Assembly: GCA_040954595.2 (NCBI GenBank)
Contig: CM082582.2
Span: 7,256,063 to 7,320,062, forward strand
Reading direction: 5' to 3'
Source of the DNA: Balanoglossus misakiensis
Taxonomy: Eukaryota > Animalia > Hemichordata
DNA: 64,000 nucleotides
This document shows, piece by piece, positions 14,901 through 28,709 of this stretch. Below the pieces are notes generated by a model that made no database searches, was not told the DNA's origin, and was given only the letters and a program-made list of their open reading frames with translations. The position numbers and the translations under genes are program-made. The first letter of the stretch is position 1; each line of letters opens with the position of its first letter.

Positions 14901-17900
14901 ACACAGGCCACAGGGGAGTATGAGACAGATCCATGAGGTCCTTGGGCGTGTGAGATTATATTGGTCCCAACCAGGCAACACCTTTCCTGTTGCCGGTGGT
15001 TGAACCTGGACTTCAACTAGACCACTGGCTCAGTCCAGTCACAAGAATACGATATTTCACAAAGTTAACCTGTAAAAAAAACCCTGAGACATGGCTTATA
15101 CAAGAGCTGATAAAAACTATAAACCTGTAATCAAATCAAGCAAATGATTTTGGCCAGGAGACCATTGTCTCCAGAGAGGTCATGCAAACATTTTGTGCAA
15201 ATTCATGGAAAAAATTGGATGACATAATTCTTCTTAGAACTCATGGATTATTTCATGTGACTCAACCACGAGAGAGTCACACGACTCATTATGCCACAGA
15301 TAATCTCGGCGATTATAAAAAAAAGTGTTGTATTATCGCAACATTCAGAAAAGACCAGACTAATAAACACAAATTATGGTCTTGCTTGTATCAAGTGTAA
15401 TCTGAGAAACTCACCAAAGTTCATGACTTGGTGGACCCTGTAACCTCACGCCATTACCCATATATGGGTGTATGAAAACCACGCCATTGCTAACGATTTT
15501 AAGGTGCGATCGGTGTCAGGTAAGTGGTGTAGGGTAGGGGTCAGTTTCCTTGGCGTTTTCCGGAACGGGTTCCGTGCTTCTCTCCAGTGTCTGGGAACTC
15601 TGTCAGAGTTTGCCTCATGCATGTACCTGTACATATATTCACACTTGTGCGAGTCATTTTATTTGCAGTCCGATCCAATATGGCTGCATGTACGGTCGAT
15701 ATATCCGCGCAGTGCTATTACACTGAAATGCCGAAACCACTTTCCCCAGCCATTTCCCAGCCATGCCCCAAAACCACTGCCTTCCTGAACCATTCTGCCA
15801 CTTGTTTTACACGTGTCCACAATGAAAGCTGACAATTCAGCAAAAAAGAGAAAAGGCTTCTAAAATGGGGAGTTTTTAAAGTACTATCTAATAGGAGTCT
15901 TACGGTACTTGTAATTACTAACCTCTCACCTGCTGAGACTATTTTCTTCAATACAAAATGTTTGAATCAGTTACTGATGACTCAGCCTTTTGCCCCAAGA
16001 AGTTCCCTGACACCCTGACCGACCTTGGGGATTATCAGAGGGCAAAGGACCACTGTGACAGTAGCTGGAAAACAAAAATCAATACACATGTTTGCACAAA
16101 CAGAAATTGAGAATAAAAAACTTTTGACTTTACTTTTGGATATTTCTTCTGACATTTTGTGTGTTTTGTTGCGTATTGTTTCAGGTATCCCGGTTTCACG
16201 GAAAGTGACATGTATTTCGGGCTGGCGCAGTTGTTACAGGCGTATGATGAACAAGACCAAGACAGAGTCAACGCAATAGTCTCCACTCCACTATTTACAT
16301 ACATGGATAATGATGTGAGTAGCAATTGGTATGAATGAATGAATGAATGAATGAATGAATGAATGAATGAATGAATGAATGAATGAATGAATGAATGAAT
16401 GAATGAATGAATGAATGGGTGGGTGGGTGGGTGGATGACTTGTATGATGAACTTATTGGACAGTCATTCCCCTCTGGACAGACATACCGACGCTACCACC
16501 CCCCTACCACCCCCACCCCCGATGTTGTTGAACTAAGCCTCATTCTGTTCTTTTATTCAGCGTACCCCATTGTACGATATTTATTCAATCGGCCAACCAT
16601 CCCCCACAAACCACTCTGAGCTGTTACCCAGCCTCCCGACTCGATCCCCATCACATTCTGCACTTCCGCCATTTACTTCATCAAGCTGCGCGCCGATAAA
16701 CGTCTCTGCGAAAAAAAAGTCGTTCAGCCCTCAGTGAAGGAGCAATACACTATTCGCCGTACGATGGCACAGAAACTAATACCTGTCGCTTTGTATTCTC
16801 GAATCTATTTCTGGGGTCACCCAGGTCGGACTCAACGACCACTCGTATGTTGTCCACTTAGAATTTGTCTCCATGGTAACTATCGTTGGCGTCTTCGTAC
16901 TGTGGTATGGCCCCTGTTTCTGCAGTAGTGGCGGTCGCCGCATTTGTTTGTTGTGTGGCATCCTCTCGTACCGTGCCCTCAATGATGCAAACTGAGACCT
17001 TGAAAAGTGTAACCCCCAGGTGAAGATGGAAAGAAAAGTGTTGCTTTAACCTGGTCAGTATTTCTGTTTTTTCCAAATTCTGCTGCGGTGTGATGATTGC
17101 TGATTTCAACCAGGAAAGCAGTTTTAAAATCTCTCTCCCTTTTGTCTATTGGCGGGGTCAAGAGGTCAAAAGGTATCCCTGGGCCAGGGTACGTGAGATG
17201 TGCACGGACATGAACTTGTATAGACAGAGCAACACAGCATCTCTTCAGCGTTATCTTCTTCGCACTTGACATTGGTTTGACCTTGTTGATCTTACCACAA
17301 GACTGAAATACCCGGGAAATACAATGTACCTTGTTCCATACTACAACTAGAACTTCTGTGCTCTTTGCGTGCAAAAGTGATGTGATGCATTTTGAGAGAG
17401 GTCTTGAAAATTTTAAAAATAACAGGAGTTGCGACAGACTTTTCCCTTTGGCATAGTGTCTTCGTGAACCTTGCAAGCGGTAGCAACCAATGATCGTGTA
17501 TGAGGCTTTATAAAATGTATTACTGTGTGTGTATTTGTACTGTGGGTGTGTGAGTATGTGTGTTTCTGTGCATGTGTGCACATACATGGTGTGTACATGC
17601 ATATTTGCACATGTGCGTGATGTATTCCTAAAATCTGAATTCCCCTGATCATTTCATCACTTCCTTAGTTCCCAGAACTCAGCATGTCAACTCATTATAC
17701 ACTTGTTGTGCAGCTTTGAACAAGTTGACCGTGTTTGCATTTTTCAGAAATGACACAGCAGATCACACGCACATAGGTGGTTCTTGCATGAGCGCTGAAA
17801 AAATGGGTTGATGTATTGTAGACGTAGTACGTGTACATATAATAGTGTTTGGAAAGCCTGCATCCCAACAACTTAATTTTTAGTCCGTGCTACTTTTTGC

Positions 17901-20185
17901 CACTGACCCCAGAGGTCTCTGGCCTTTTGTACGTAAATATCAGCCGAATGGAGGTCGGTGATTGGGAACGGGGTGTGAATCAAGTCTCACACCCCCCTCC
18001 TACACCTATATCCAAATTCACAACTTAAACAATTACACATAAATCATCAGGCTGCATTCTGAACTGGCACGTTGAATGGAGGCGAAATATGTCAACAACA
18101 TCATACCACCTCAACAAGGTGACTGGCTCCCACCTCAGGTATTTAACCTGTTTATCGAAGCCTATTTCGGTCCCCGAAAGACAATGCGGATTTAACCGAA
18201 GAGTATACAGCTCCCAATCGGTCATCGACCTTTCTCCGGGGGTTGAAAAGTCATCCAGCGGACAGTCTTGCCGTTTAATTAAACCTTAGTGGTCAGCTGA
18301 GAACAGCATGTATCTAAAAGTGGAATCGAGCACAATGGGGTAATTCAGGAATTTCGATTATCTAAATTTCAGTGCCAAATGGAGCAATTGCATGAACTCT
18401 ATCAGTGGAATGTAGACCGCTGATACTGAGGTGAACTTCCAGTGTTTTACTGAAGCAGATAAAGTCTGACCCCAAAATTGGATTAAAGGGACAGTAGCTG
18501 TAACTTTGAGCTGATTTTTTTTCTAGAATTGTCAGTTTTGAGTACTGAGTAATCAGATACTTGTTGTAGTCCACAATTTAAAACACGCAATATGTGCAAA
18601 CCTCCCCAGAACTGTTATTTGTTGGTTGATAAAATTGAGTCCGGACTCAAAATTCAGTTTGTCAACAAAGGCCCTGCACCTACACAGACTGTATTGCGAG
18701 ACCTAATACGTGGTACTTAAACTAGTGTATATCAAATAGAACAAGAAGCTTAGCAGTACATGTAGTTGATTACCTGCAGTGTGCATGAACACTGAAAAAA
18801 ATATATATCAGAAGTTACACCTTCTGCTGCTAAAGGTGTACATGTACTGGTATGCCGTCTTCTAATTTACATATTTCCATATACATGTATGGTTAACTGG
18901 GTCAACTCATGTCACTTTCTGCATCCCAATTGAGGCTGGATGTTATTACTGATGGTGATGTGGTGATAGCTAAAGTTTGTGTTATTCAGGAGTTTGTTTC
19001 CCGACAAGACAAGTGAGATTTTTCCCGTTTGGTGAGATGCTCTGGAGAAGTGCAATTTGGCATGATGCCATGTGGCTGTTGAGTTGATATATGCGGTGTA
19101 GTCATGGATGATTTCATTATAATCCCTGACTGTCACAATCTGTCACACTTCTTTTGGAGAGTGGATTACAGTGGAGTGTGAAATGTTGTTGACTCCGTTG
19201 ACAATATACCCATCATGCAACGTCGAAGACGTACGTAGGCCCTGTTATATTGACGAAAGAAGTTGGCACGCTGCAACTGTCAACATTGTCAAAGATGGCT
19301 CGCGATATTGTCAACAGAATGTTCTTAATTCATTGTGTTGACCAAAGTTTCTCTCTGTTTATCTGAAACGATTTCTTTGATTCCATGCGCACACAGGCCA
19401 GTTCTCATCATCAGTTGACCCAAGCACAATCAGTCGGAACAAAAGTGTTTTTTTTTATAACTAGTGAAAAGAGTATTTATAGCCTCGCTGTCATTTGCCT
19501 TTTGATCTTGGCAAATTTATTGTGGCCTCCCTCCGATGTAGTTGGACCGACTGGACTTTATCAACTGCCCCATCTGTCATCGCTTGTCAAGAAATCAAAA
19601 CACACATGCGATAATTGTTGGATTGAGTGTCAACAGATCAGGCAAGGATTATAACAAGATGCACTCCTGGATTTAACCCAGTGCTTCTAACATTTTCCAT
19701 GTCACGACTTTTTCCCAGATGGACATATATTATTTTATTTTTAGCTCTTGCTGATATGGCCTGATCTGTGAACTTTTTCTGGGTTCTTTAAACGCGTAGG
19801 TTTATTTCAAGTCCTGATCATGCTAAATTTGTTTTTGTTTTTAATGATGGACGTATCTGTACTTAGCGACCGTTTTGTTACATGAAGTTTTAATCTGGCT
19901 GATTTATCATATTTTTTGATCGATGATGGTACACATATGGAAATACTCAACTTCTATTCTGGTTGAGTATATGATATAGGAGCCTGGATATTATTGTTAA
20001 GCATCTGAAATCTCGCACGTGTCCTTTCCAAATGTGTGTTGTGATACATGGCTACAAAAATAATCCATTATATTTTGGTTGTGTGTTGTGTATGACGTGG
20101 GACTTATCATCATCGTCACCATCATCATTCATCATCATCACCATCATCATCATGCTCATCACCACCACCATCATCATCATCATGC

Positions 20186-20225
<40 letters not shown>

Positions 20226-20243
20226 TCATCATTCATCATCACC

Positions 20244-20289
<46 letters not shown>

Positions 20290-23200
20290 CCATCATCATC
20301 ACCATCATCATCATCATCATCATCATCACCATCACCATCATCGCCGCCACCATCATCATCACCATCATCTGATTGTGGGTCTCAAGTAACATTGCAGCCG
20401 CGGACTCCCTGCGATTGTCCGCATTGACCTCATTGTTGAGGCAACGACAACGATTACATGTTGCCGTAGGATCAACTATGCAGTGCCGCAGATATCATAC
20501 ATGAGGGGTCACGTATCTCACGTCTGAAATACAGCCAGGCATTCTTTTAATTTTGTGACGGGCATTCGTCGTCTCCCTGGTGTTAGGAATGTTTGGGAGG
20601 TTTTGCCGGCGCGCATAGCTCGGCTGCCGGCGAGTAACTGCAGCATTCTGAGGTGATCGGCGTTTGGCCTTGAACGTGGGCAGTCAGGTGAAGGAACTTA
20701 CTCCTGCGCTATTTAAAGACCAACGTCAGTGCGAGACCGCCCCGCCAGTTTGATTGGCAGGTGGGTGGGTGAGTGGGTGGCTCGGCGGGAGAGAAGAACT
20801 TGACCCATGCATCCCACCCTAGTTTGGCGGTCATGGCCAGAACTTGTCCGGCTAAAGACCTTTTTTTTCCCAGAAGCAGTGTATTGTGTGCAAGGTCATT
20901 ATACACACAGATCTCTCCATCCAGACCCACAATCCAGGGGACAGGTCATCACTTGCCAAGTCCAGTTTGGGCTAGTTTGACAGACAGAGGATCATCCTGC
21001 ACGTAGCAATTAAGTTCCCCCCAGTGGTCTTGTATCCAAGCACTGGCATATTGCCATACACCAGTGGCTTCCAAAATTAATTAGAATTTTTCCCCCAAAG
21101 TGTATCCCCTTACCAACTATTAGTATAGCTTAATTTGCTTAGTTTTTGCCTTCCGCTAATCAAATATATAAATGGATTTGGCAAATAGACACCATCATCG
21201 TATTAATTGGGACTCAGAAACAGTGGGTTATGTTAACATGTCTGTGTGTCGTATTTTAAACCCTGAGGTTTGCCAAAATCTGCTATTTCTGAAGAATGTC
21301 TTGAACTGATTTTGTGGACAAGGACGGGCGATGCACTGCGTCTTGACTATTAAAGGTGCATTGTTTTCCTTTGTATATCATTTCACAATGGCTATGGGCA
21401 TAGCCGTATCATGTTTACACCAGCTCAAAGCCAAGTTCAGCCCCCCGTTTAACCGTTGAAGTAATTAAATACTCAGTGAACACCTGGCAGTCATAATGAT
21501 GTGTGACGGTCAAGGATATACATGTACAAAGTGGGAGTACGTGTAGTCTGCAGTTGAGTACTTCACTGAAGAGGGATCAAATGCAGCATACATGTATTCT
21601 GGTCTTGTTACAAAGAAATTGTACCCCTTCCTCATGAACTTGACTGTGAAACTGTCACTGAGGTCAGCTTCTACAATACATGTTCAGCTGACCCAGGCTT
21701 ATATACGTTGCCTGCGACAGTCAAGTCATATATCCTGATTGGTGGACCTCTGTCGGCCGCCATTCCTTGAGATTCAATTGAATACTTTGAGTCAAGTAGT
21801 TGTATATGGGAACACTTTTTGTGTCCAATCCAGCCCTGAAGCGAAGGAAACAACTTCTTGTTTTTCTTTAAAAAATCCTCCATTGAACTTTTCGAGTTGC
21901 ACTCTACATGCGCTTCTCAATGCGTGGTGTATATTTAGAAGAAGAAAAAAAGTTCCCTTCCTGTTCCTATTGTTTGTGCGATTTGCAGTCTTTGTGGTGT
22001 GTGCTTTTGAAGTAAAGCCGGTCATTGGCTTCTCAGAGCTCTGTGATTCCGTTTGGCGGTTTTGGATGCAGATCTTTGCGGTGGTCTTAAAATCCCCTTC
22101 TCACCCCTGCATCCAACCGCATCATCGTTGTGGCAGTCATTACGGCGAAGAGAGGATAAATCTTGAAATCTTACACTCGTTGACATTTTCTGCTCCCAGT
22201 TGGCTGTCTTCCATTTGTTCACATTTAACGTTTGCTTCTGCTCGTGAGTCTGTCTGAGATTGTGTCTGTCCATCTATCTGCCTGCCAGTCTGTCTCTCTG
22301 TGTGTCTGCCTGTCTGTCTGTCTGCATGTCTGCCTGCCTGTTTGTCTCTATCTATATATCTCTCTGTTTCTCTGTCTGTCTGTCTGTCTTTCTGCCTGCC
22401 TGTGCAACAGAGACTCACTGCTAGTGGTCCCATTTTTTCTCCCTACCACCATATCGCGGTTCATGCACCCTCTAGACAGGCCCTCATGTCTGGTCATGGT
22501 ATTTTGATATCACTCTCCGAGATAACGTACAAAATTGGAGTGGTGTGACGCTCTCGAAGGAGAGTCTTGGCTTTCGTCAACAAGGTTTCAATTGTGCCCT
22601 GCCAAACAAAAAAAATGATAAAAGACCTATAAAGTCATCGTTCAGTTGTAAATCAGGCAATCAAGACTACAAGTAGATTCGGATCATGAAAGTGGGGTGA
22701 CTGTACGACCGGCCTGAAAAGGTGGTGTAAGTAAATAGCATAAAGCTCCACTAGAGTCAACCTCTTTGCCGTTTTGCTAAATTTTCGTGTTTTTTTTGGT
22801 CATCTCCCTCGAAATGGCCAATATTTTGGTGATTGACCCAGCAATGGTCATTTCACTTCTATGAACATGACATGTATACCAGAACAATATAGCTCAGAAG
22901 TTGCCAAAAGTTACAGCTGGTCCTTTCAGCACTAGGGGAATGCACCGAGGTCTTGTGCGCAATTCGTCATACAGCCCCAGGGAGGGTAACACCAGGTGGC
23001 GTTTTGGCATAACCACGCCAATGTGAGAGTGGATTGACTTCGTGTACAAGGGATTAAAAACAAGACTTTGTGAATTGTTTTTTTTTTATTGAGTCTTGCT
23101 ATTTTTAGAATCGCCTGGGGTGAAAGTGTCTCCTTCCTGGCCGGGGTCGGCTATTTATAGCATTTTCAATTATAAATAGCCTGTCACATGAGAGAGGGGG

Positions 23201-26200
23201 AGGATTTCGGACCGGATGAAATTATTGTGTTGCGCATCTGAAAAGCCAGGACAGCTTAATAGATGTTTTTGTTTTGTGTGTCCTTTTCTGTCAGTTGTAC
23301 TTTCTAAAGGCGCGCTCATGTGCGACACAGTTCAACTGGGAAGACAGGAATTAAGGTAGAACGCGCCTCAAAAATCAGACTTGTAAACTTTTTCTCAGAT
23401 TCTGCTCAAGGCAACTTTAGATAATTTTCTCTTAAACGTAGGAATAAAAAAATTTGGAGTCACCATGCAAAGTTGTGAATGACAGCAAAATTGCCTCAAA
23501 ATGTCTCAAAATTGAAATTCAAAGTGGCCGCCACTATGTGTTAACTCTATGGAAAAAATTAAAGTAATGATTTTCATGAAAACATGATGGCAACACCCAG
23601 TTTTCTTCTATGGTTTCAAGAAGACTCCCCACACACACTTAAATATCAGGAAAAATTGAAAGGCTATCATTTTGTGAAAATCTCTCCCAAAAGGTTCATA
23701 CTACAGTAAAACACAGCAGTTGTCCCATTAATTTCCCTGTGTGTCCTCAGATGCCATGATCTTGAGACTTTTGTTCATCCTGTGAATTTGATGGTGTATT
23801 TTGTGGTCAAGTTCAGTGTTAGCTCAAGGTCAAACCCAGCGGTGTAGGATTCCAAGCTCAGTGGGTGACCCTCTTTGACAATCATCGTGTCTCCTTTCAA
23901 GTTCGCTCTTGGTGTCAGCGAAACAAAAGGCATTGAAATCATCGTATCACACCAACATCCTCAGTGTGCGTATGTTGGCAACTATTCATCCAAACCTGCG
24001 ACCATGCAGCTCTGCGTATTGAAGTGTCCGTCATCTTTGCACTGTTACTGCCAAGCACTGGTGCATTGACATTTTTGATGTTTTAACATGAAACATGTCT
24101 TATTGCGCAATCGCTGTTCCTACCGACAATTTAGAATTCAGGAAAACAAAACATCTGATGTACGTAAACAATCTGGTAAAACCAAAATGTGGCAGTTTTG
24201 TTCCTTTGGTTCTATTTTGACTCGGACGGTGGTATTTTATCGTCAGGTGACTGCTCTTTTTACGGACATACGAGAGCGGTCGAGCGACCTTTCTTGCTCC
24301 AATGAAAAAAAAAGCTAAACCAGGTACTAAAATGTCAGTGTTTTGCCCCGTTGTTTTGTCTACAACCGCAACTATTCACCCTCTGCATTGCTGAAATTCT
24401 TTGTGCTAAAACAGCGTGCAAATGGAAATGACACTGCCAGCCCTGAAAAGGGTCGGCAAATTGCCTCTTTACCAAAAGCCTGTGAATTAACACCCCACGT
24501 AGAACTTCTAGAACTTCCTGTTTCATTCAGTGGGTAAACCTAAAACTCTTCCATTCAAAAGCGGTGATTATGGCCCTGCAAAGAAAAGTGCTTCTATTGT
24601 GCCTGACCCCTACAGCCCCCCGGACCAGAAACTTGGAAACAAAACAAAACAATTCACGGTGATTGGGAATTTGTGCAGTTTTATACCGGTAGTTCAGTGG
24701 TACTGTATTGTTGCAACGTCTTGCTGCATGAAATATAGGATAGGTTTTTTTTTCACATGATGTGCAGGATGATAGCTCAAAATTATGATTGTGTCGCAAA
24801 CTCGTAAAAATCATCCACCCAGTGAGATAACCACTGACATATTGACCCAAACACGATCCATTCTGTCGAAAAGGGCATAAGGAGAGGGAGGATGAATCGT
24901 GAAATTAATCACGAAGTAATCTAGTCCTCCCCTTTGCAAGTTTCTTCCATTCAAATTTTAAAAATAAACATTGATGTTTACATCATGTTACGCTTTCCGT
25001 TCTGAAGATGCCGATATCTGGGTGAAGGTACAACGCTCGTTTCTGTGTCGTAACTAGAACGCGGTCAATCTGTTTGTTATGTCATATTTGTGAATCACTG
25101 ACCGCCGGCAACTTTATGAGGTTATCCACATCTCGTGGTTCCCACACCTGTGTTTCCGTTTCCCCGTTTTCTGCCCCCCCCCTCCCTCTATACTCCATCC
25201 TCAAGCTTTTACCTTTTTCAACCCCTCCCCTCCCTTTCCCCTACCCCTCCTTCCAAATGCTCCTTTGGCTCGCCTCGTTTCCCCTGGTTTCCTAACGCTC
25301 CCAGCCCCTCCTCACTCCAATCACTCCTCTTCCCTTTATCCCCTTTCCCCTGGGGCTGACAACATCCTGCCAAGTCTTCCTACCCCTCTTTTCTTTCCAT
25401 CGCCCCTCTTGTCCACTATTTTTCCCCTCACTATCTTGTTTGGTCTAATCTCTACCTCAGTAATCCATTCAGGTTTAGAAAGGCGTTTCAAAAATTTTTT
25501 ATCCGACGCACATTTATAAAGCAACTGAAATATGTGTGAAAAGTCCTTTATATCGCGATATTTTCGAAAGACAAGTTAAAACTGGGCGTGATGTTTTCAC
25601 CACCTGGTTGAGCATAATCTGGGTCACAGGTAGGAGTTGTTGCAGTGCTTGTTGAGGTGAAGATGGTTGCTTTGATTTGCACTGAACTCATCCAGGACGA
25701 GAAGTATTGGGGTAACTCTCGTTCCTTCACATTAAACACTGGAGTTTTTACTGTTCGTGGTTGCACAATGGGTTTCAGGGCGAGTGGAGATGCAGTGATA
25801 GGTCAGGGTGTGTCGAGCGAATAAATTATAACAAACTGGGCCGCCGACTGGCGCGCTAACCCTTCCTGCAAAAATCTCACATTTCAGAGATAAAAGTCCG
25901 TGTTCAAGTTGTGTAATCTCGGGAGTCACTCAAGATTCTGAAAGAATCAAGTGGTGGCTCACGTGAAAACTGAGCATCATAATTTAGATTTTTTTTCAAG
26001 CACTGTATTCCTACGTGTGTGTAGAGACCAGTAGCAAATTCAGACCCAGTAGTGTGCTTTGTTGAACATTTTCTTGTGATAGCAGAAGGAGCTGTTTTCA
26101 CGTTTAAAGGGCATGTTAACCTAGGAAGCTTGCATATCAGTATCGCCTGTCCAGGTCACCGTGTGATGACACGGCCAAGTCTTATTACGCAGTTGTCTCC

Positions 26201-27749
26201 CAGACGCAATCCGTCACCCGTCTCCTGTTTGGGGTTGACGTTCACCAGCTTGCCCTTAAACGACACACCGTTGCAGCTTGCGTTACATGTACTGTCATGT
26301 CTCTCTCTCCGATTTGCGTCGGTTGCCTGCGTCAGTGGTGTTTTGACGCACGGCAGAAATGCGCTCTGGTGCGTCAGCTGTGTTTAGTAAACACGGGCCC
26401 AGGGATTTTGAAAAAAAGTGCGTTGGCAGCTGGGTTTCTCTTGCCTCCGGGCTACACCCTTGGGGGCATATGCCAACTTTGAAAACTTGCCATTGTGTGC
26501 ATGCTTCACTGATGATTAAAAACCCTTTTCACCACCCCTTCTTCACATGTACTTTGCGGCTCCAACTTCAATGATGAAAGACCAAAAAATGCAATACTTT
26601 GAGAGGGTCTGCGTTTAGGTATTGATACATGTAGCTGTGGCTGGCATAGCTACATACTTACAAGGGAGATAGGCCTGTACGGAATCAAATGTTGTTGTGT
26701 ACATGTATGCTGACAATCGCAGTGTTTCAGGGACACTAGAGATAGCAGGACAAACAAAAACAAACACAGGAATATAGGCATGTATGCCACATGGTTTCAT
26801 TTGTACCAATGTTGGTTTAAATTCCCTTCAAACCCCGGGAAAAACGAAATTTAGTTATTTACTGATGAAAATTCCTGGAAGAATTTATTAAACCTATTCA
26901 TGCTATCAAATCACTGGAAAAGCTGGGAAGACCAAGAAATTTTTTATGACACTGAGCGTGTAAGCCCTGCATTGTATGTCTGTGATGACAGTTTAGCTTG
27001 TTGAATACATGACCCAGTAAACCCAACTGCAGTATTGCCTGACCTGAACATTCACTACATAGCTGTTTATTTTATATTTTCCCACATTTTCCACAGATCA
27101 AATATTTGGTCAACGATATGGTCAAATACCCTGATAATGTTTTGCCTCATGTGCACAAATATTGACATGTAACATGGCATTCTTGGACATCTTATCCTTT
27201 TGCTACTCGACTGTGCCCCCTCTTTTGTTGACAGTCTGTTCACAGATGTAATCTGACTGTTTTTGTGTGTAATAACTCCACGGATATGCCGTGTTTTCAT
27301 TCCAGTATTTGTGTTGTAAGTAGCTACTGACATGCTTAAGACTGAAGGCGGCCTGTCGCAGTGCTGTCGCTGCTGTGCGAACAAAAACAAAGTAATTGGC
27401 AGAAGTGATTTGTAGAGGTCTCACTTCTCTGCATAGTGAATGAAACCACTCGGATAAATCGCCCACTTTTCAGTTGACTTCAGAAGACAATTTTTAGACT
27501 CACTTTAATTCATGAATTGAATGATTTCTCATGAGTGTCGAAACCGTCCAACGTGGGCAGAAACCTGGACAGATTTCGCTGACAATTCTGTTTTTCTCTG
27601 TCTGACAGTACGCCAAGTTGGCTAAGAGTATACGCGTGCCCGGCGGAGGAGGCAACGGAAAGAGGACGACGTCGCTGGATCCCGGCGGAGCCGCGAATCC
27701 AGATCACGAACAGGAAGAAGAGGATGAGTACGCCGGGGGGTTGTGTTGA
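4709..27749 (+). CDS. NAPG: Gamma-soluble NSF attachment protein (gamma-SNAP), 9 coding exons, 312 aa
   Basis: Exons assembled by hand with GT-AG boundaries and consistent phase: 4709-4767, 6160-6227, 6805-6889, 8364-8412, 10087-10196, 11132-11198, 11526-11755, 16185-16314, 27609-27749 (939 nt). Translation MAAERKISEGMDHIQKAEKYLKTSLFKWKPDFDSAADEFNKAGTCFKNAK...LFHAAKAYENAAMMLKEMK...HGTPDTAALTLEKAAK...VHRGDYVAA...PLFTYMDNDYAKLAKSIRVPGGG...EEEDEYAGGLC* matches gamma-SNAP along its length, including the C-terminal EEDEYxGGLC. Confidence 0.96.
6890..8363 (+). other. U12-type (minor spliceosome) GT-AG intron, NAPG intron 3
   Basis: 5' splice site GTATCCTTG at 6890; branch point CCTTAAC at 8345-8351, 12 nt before the end of the acceptor AG (8363); no long polypyrimidine tract. 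Confidence 0.9.
8822..8940. repeat. (GAT)n/(GGT)n microsatellite in NAPG intron 4
   Basis: Directly visible; source of spurious poly-M/H/I ORFs. Confidence 0.95.
11802..11998. mobile_element. TA-flanked MITE (Tc1/mariner-type non-autonomous element) in NAPG intron 7
   Basis: TA|CTGTAAAACACTTTATTTTCG...CGAAAATAAAGTATTTTACAG|TA: 21-bp TIRs with one mismatch, TA on both sides. Confidence 0.8.
14541..14890. mobile_element. Dispersed repeat (old non-autonomous DNA transposon), copy A
   Basis: Aligns over more than 250 bp with the reverse complement of 23355-23705 (e.g. AGAGTTGAACACAGAGATTGGCGGCCATTTTGAATTTCAAATTTGAGAC versus AGAGTTAACACATAGTGGCGGCCACTTTGAATTTCAATTTTGAGAC). Boundaries approximate. 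Confidence 0.7.
16331..16417. repeat. (GAAT)n microsatellite just downstream of the NAPG exon 8 donor
   Basis: About 21 perfect units. Confidence 0.95.
20107..20369. repeat. (CAT)n/(CAC) microsatellite in NAPG intron 8
   Basis: Directly visible; source of poly-H/I/S ORFs. Confidence 0.95.
22246..22402. repeat. Degenerate (TCTG)n/(CCTG)n microsatellite
   Basis: Directly visible. Confidence 0.88.
23099..23181. promoter_or_regulatory. Cluster of three MEF2-consensus sites in NAPG intron 8
   Basis: CTATTTTTAG 23099-23108, CTATTTATAG 23151-23160 and TTATAAATAG 23170-23179 all fit YTA(W)4TAR. Confidence 0.4.
23355..23705. mobile_element. Dispersed repeat, copy B (inverted relative to copy A), TTAA-flanked at left end
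   Basis: Starts TTAA|GGTAGAACGCGCCT and ends with a degenerate inverted match AGGTTCATACTAC; homologous to 14541-14890. Confidence 0.65.
25155..25435. repeat. Pyrimidine-rich (C/T) low-complexity tract
   Basis: Strong C/T strand bias with many CCC runs (G-rich on the minus strand). Confidence 0.75.
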
Positions 27750-28709
27750 GCGGTGCATTGTGGGACATTGAGTATATACTGGGAGGTGTTTGGCAGTGTG
27801 GTATGGGACAGAAATATCGAGATGGGTGGGAAGGGCATTGCGAGTCTAGTTCTCTCTGAGGTCAGTTTTAAACGATTATACTGGAAGTTTGGCTTGAACC
27901 GTCAGAGCAAGGTTGAGTGTGTATGTGTGTGTGTTCGGCCGATGACAGCCTTTGACATGACTGTTCAAATTACCAACAGGAATGAGTAATACCAGATATT
28001 CAAAGTCTTCCAAAGCACATCCTAAGAGAAAGGCAGACTAGCAACATGTTGTATGAAGGTGTCAAACCCCCCTCCCCTCCCCTTCCCTACCCAAACACAG
28101 TGAACACCTCAGCAGTAGCATTGCGTATGAAAGTCTCTCAATCATAGTAATGTTGTGGTGGTCATTCAGTACTTACAGTATTGCTGGGTTGAATCAGATG
28201 GAGCCAAGTGGATGGAGGATTTTTTTTTTTTAAGTTTTGCAAGATTAAGTGATTTACAATTGAAAAAGCATTAATCGTGAAGAATCAGTTCATGTCCTTT
28301 TTGTAGTGTAGAGAAAATCTGTAGTCATCTATCTGGCAATGGTCAGTGTCAGCAACATAGTTTGAGATAGGATTTGAAGACTTTATTCAAAAATGTGCAA
28401 TATGATGTGTAACTTGATGTGTATACATGTTGTTGTTGTTGTTGTTGACATAACAGTTGCGAGAGATTAGAGACAACATACTCAGGTATGAAGCTGGCAG
28501 GATTAATGAAAACACAGAAAGTCAAGTGGTCAGTTTAACTTATTGATGTTTTAAGAATTGTAGAGAGTGTCATTGAAATGTAGTGTGGCAAGAAATTTTT
28601 TGTACATGCCATCATTAGTTTACTAATTTGGGGAACTTGGTACATAATATTTGCATAGAATTTAATACCGTACACCACTGATCTGTCTCTGCTCTATTTG
28701 GCCCCACTG

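Noticed and set aside
19185-19345. GTTGAC/GTCAAC-rich segment with an 11-bp inverted repeat (GTTGACAATAT...ATATTGTCAAC)
   Set aside because: Arms are short and about 100 nt apart; not a pre-miRNA-like stem and no family recognised.
27771-27792. miR-34-like sequence TGGCAGTGTGGT (and miR-71-like TGAAAGACAT at 1931)
   Set aside because: Only the first 10-12 nt match, and I saw no supporting precursor hairpin.
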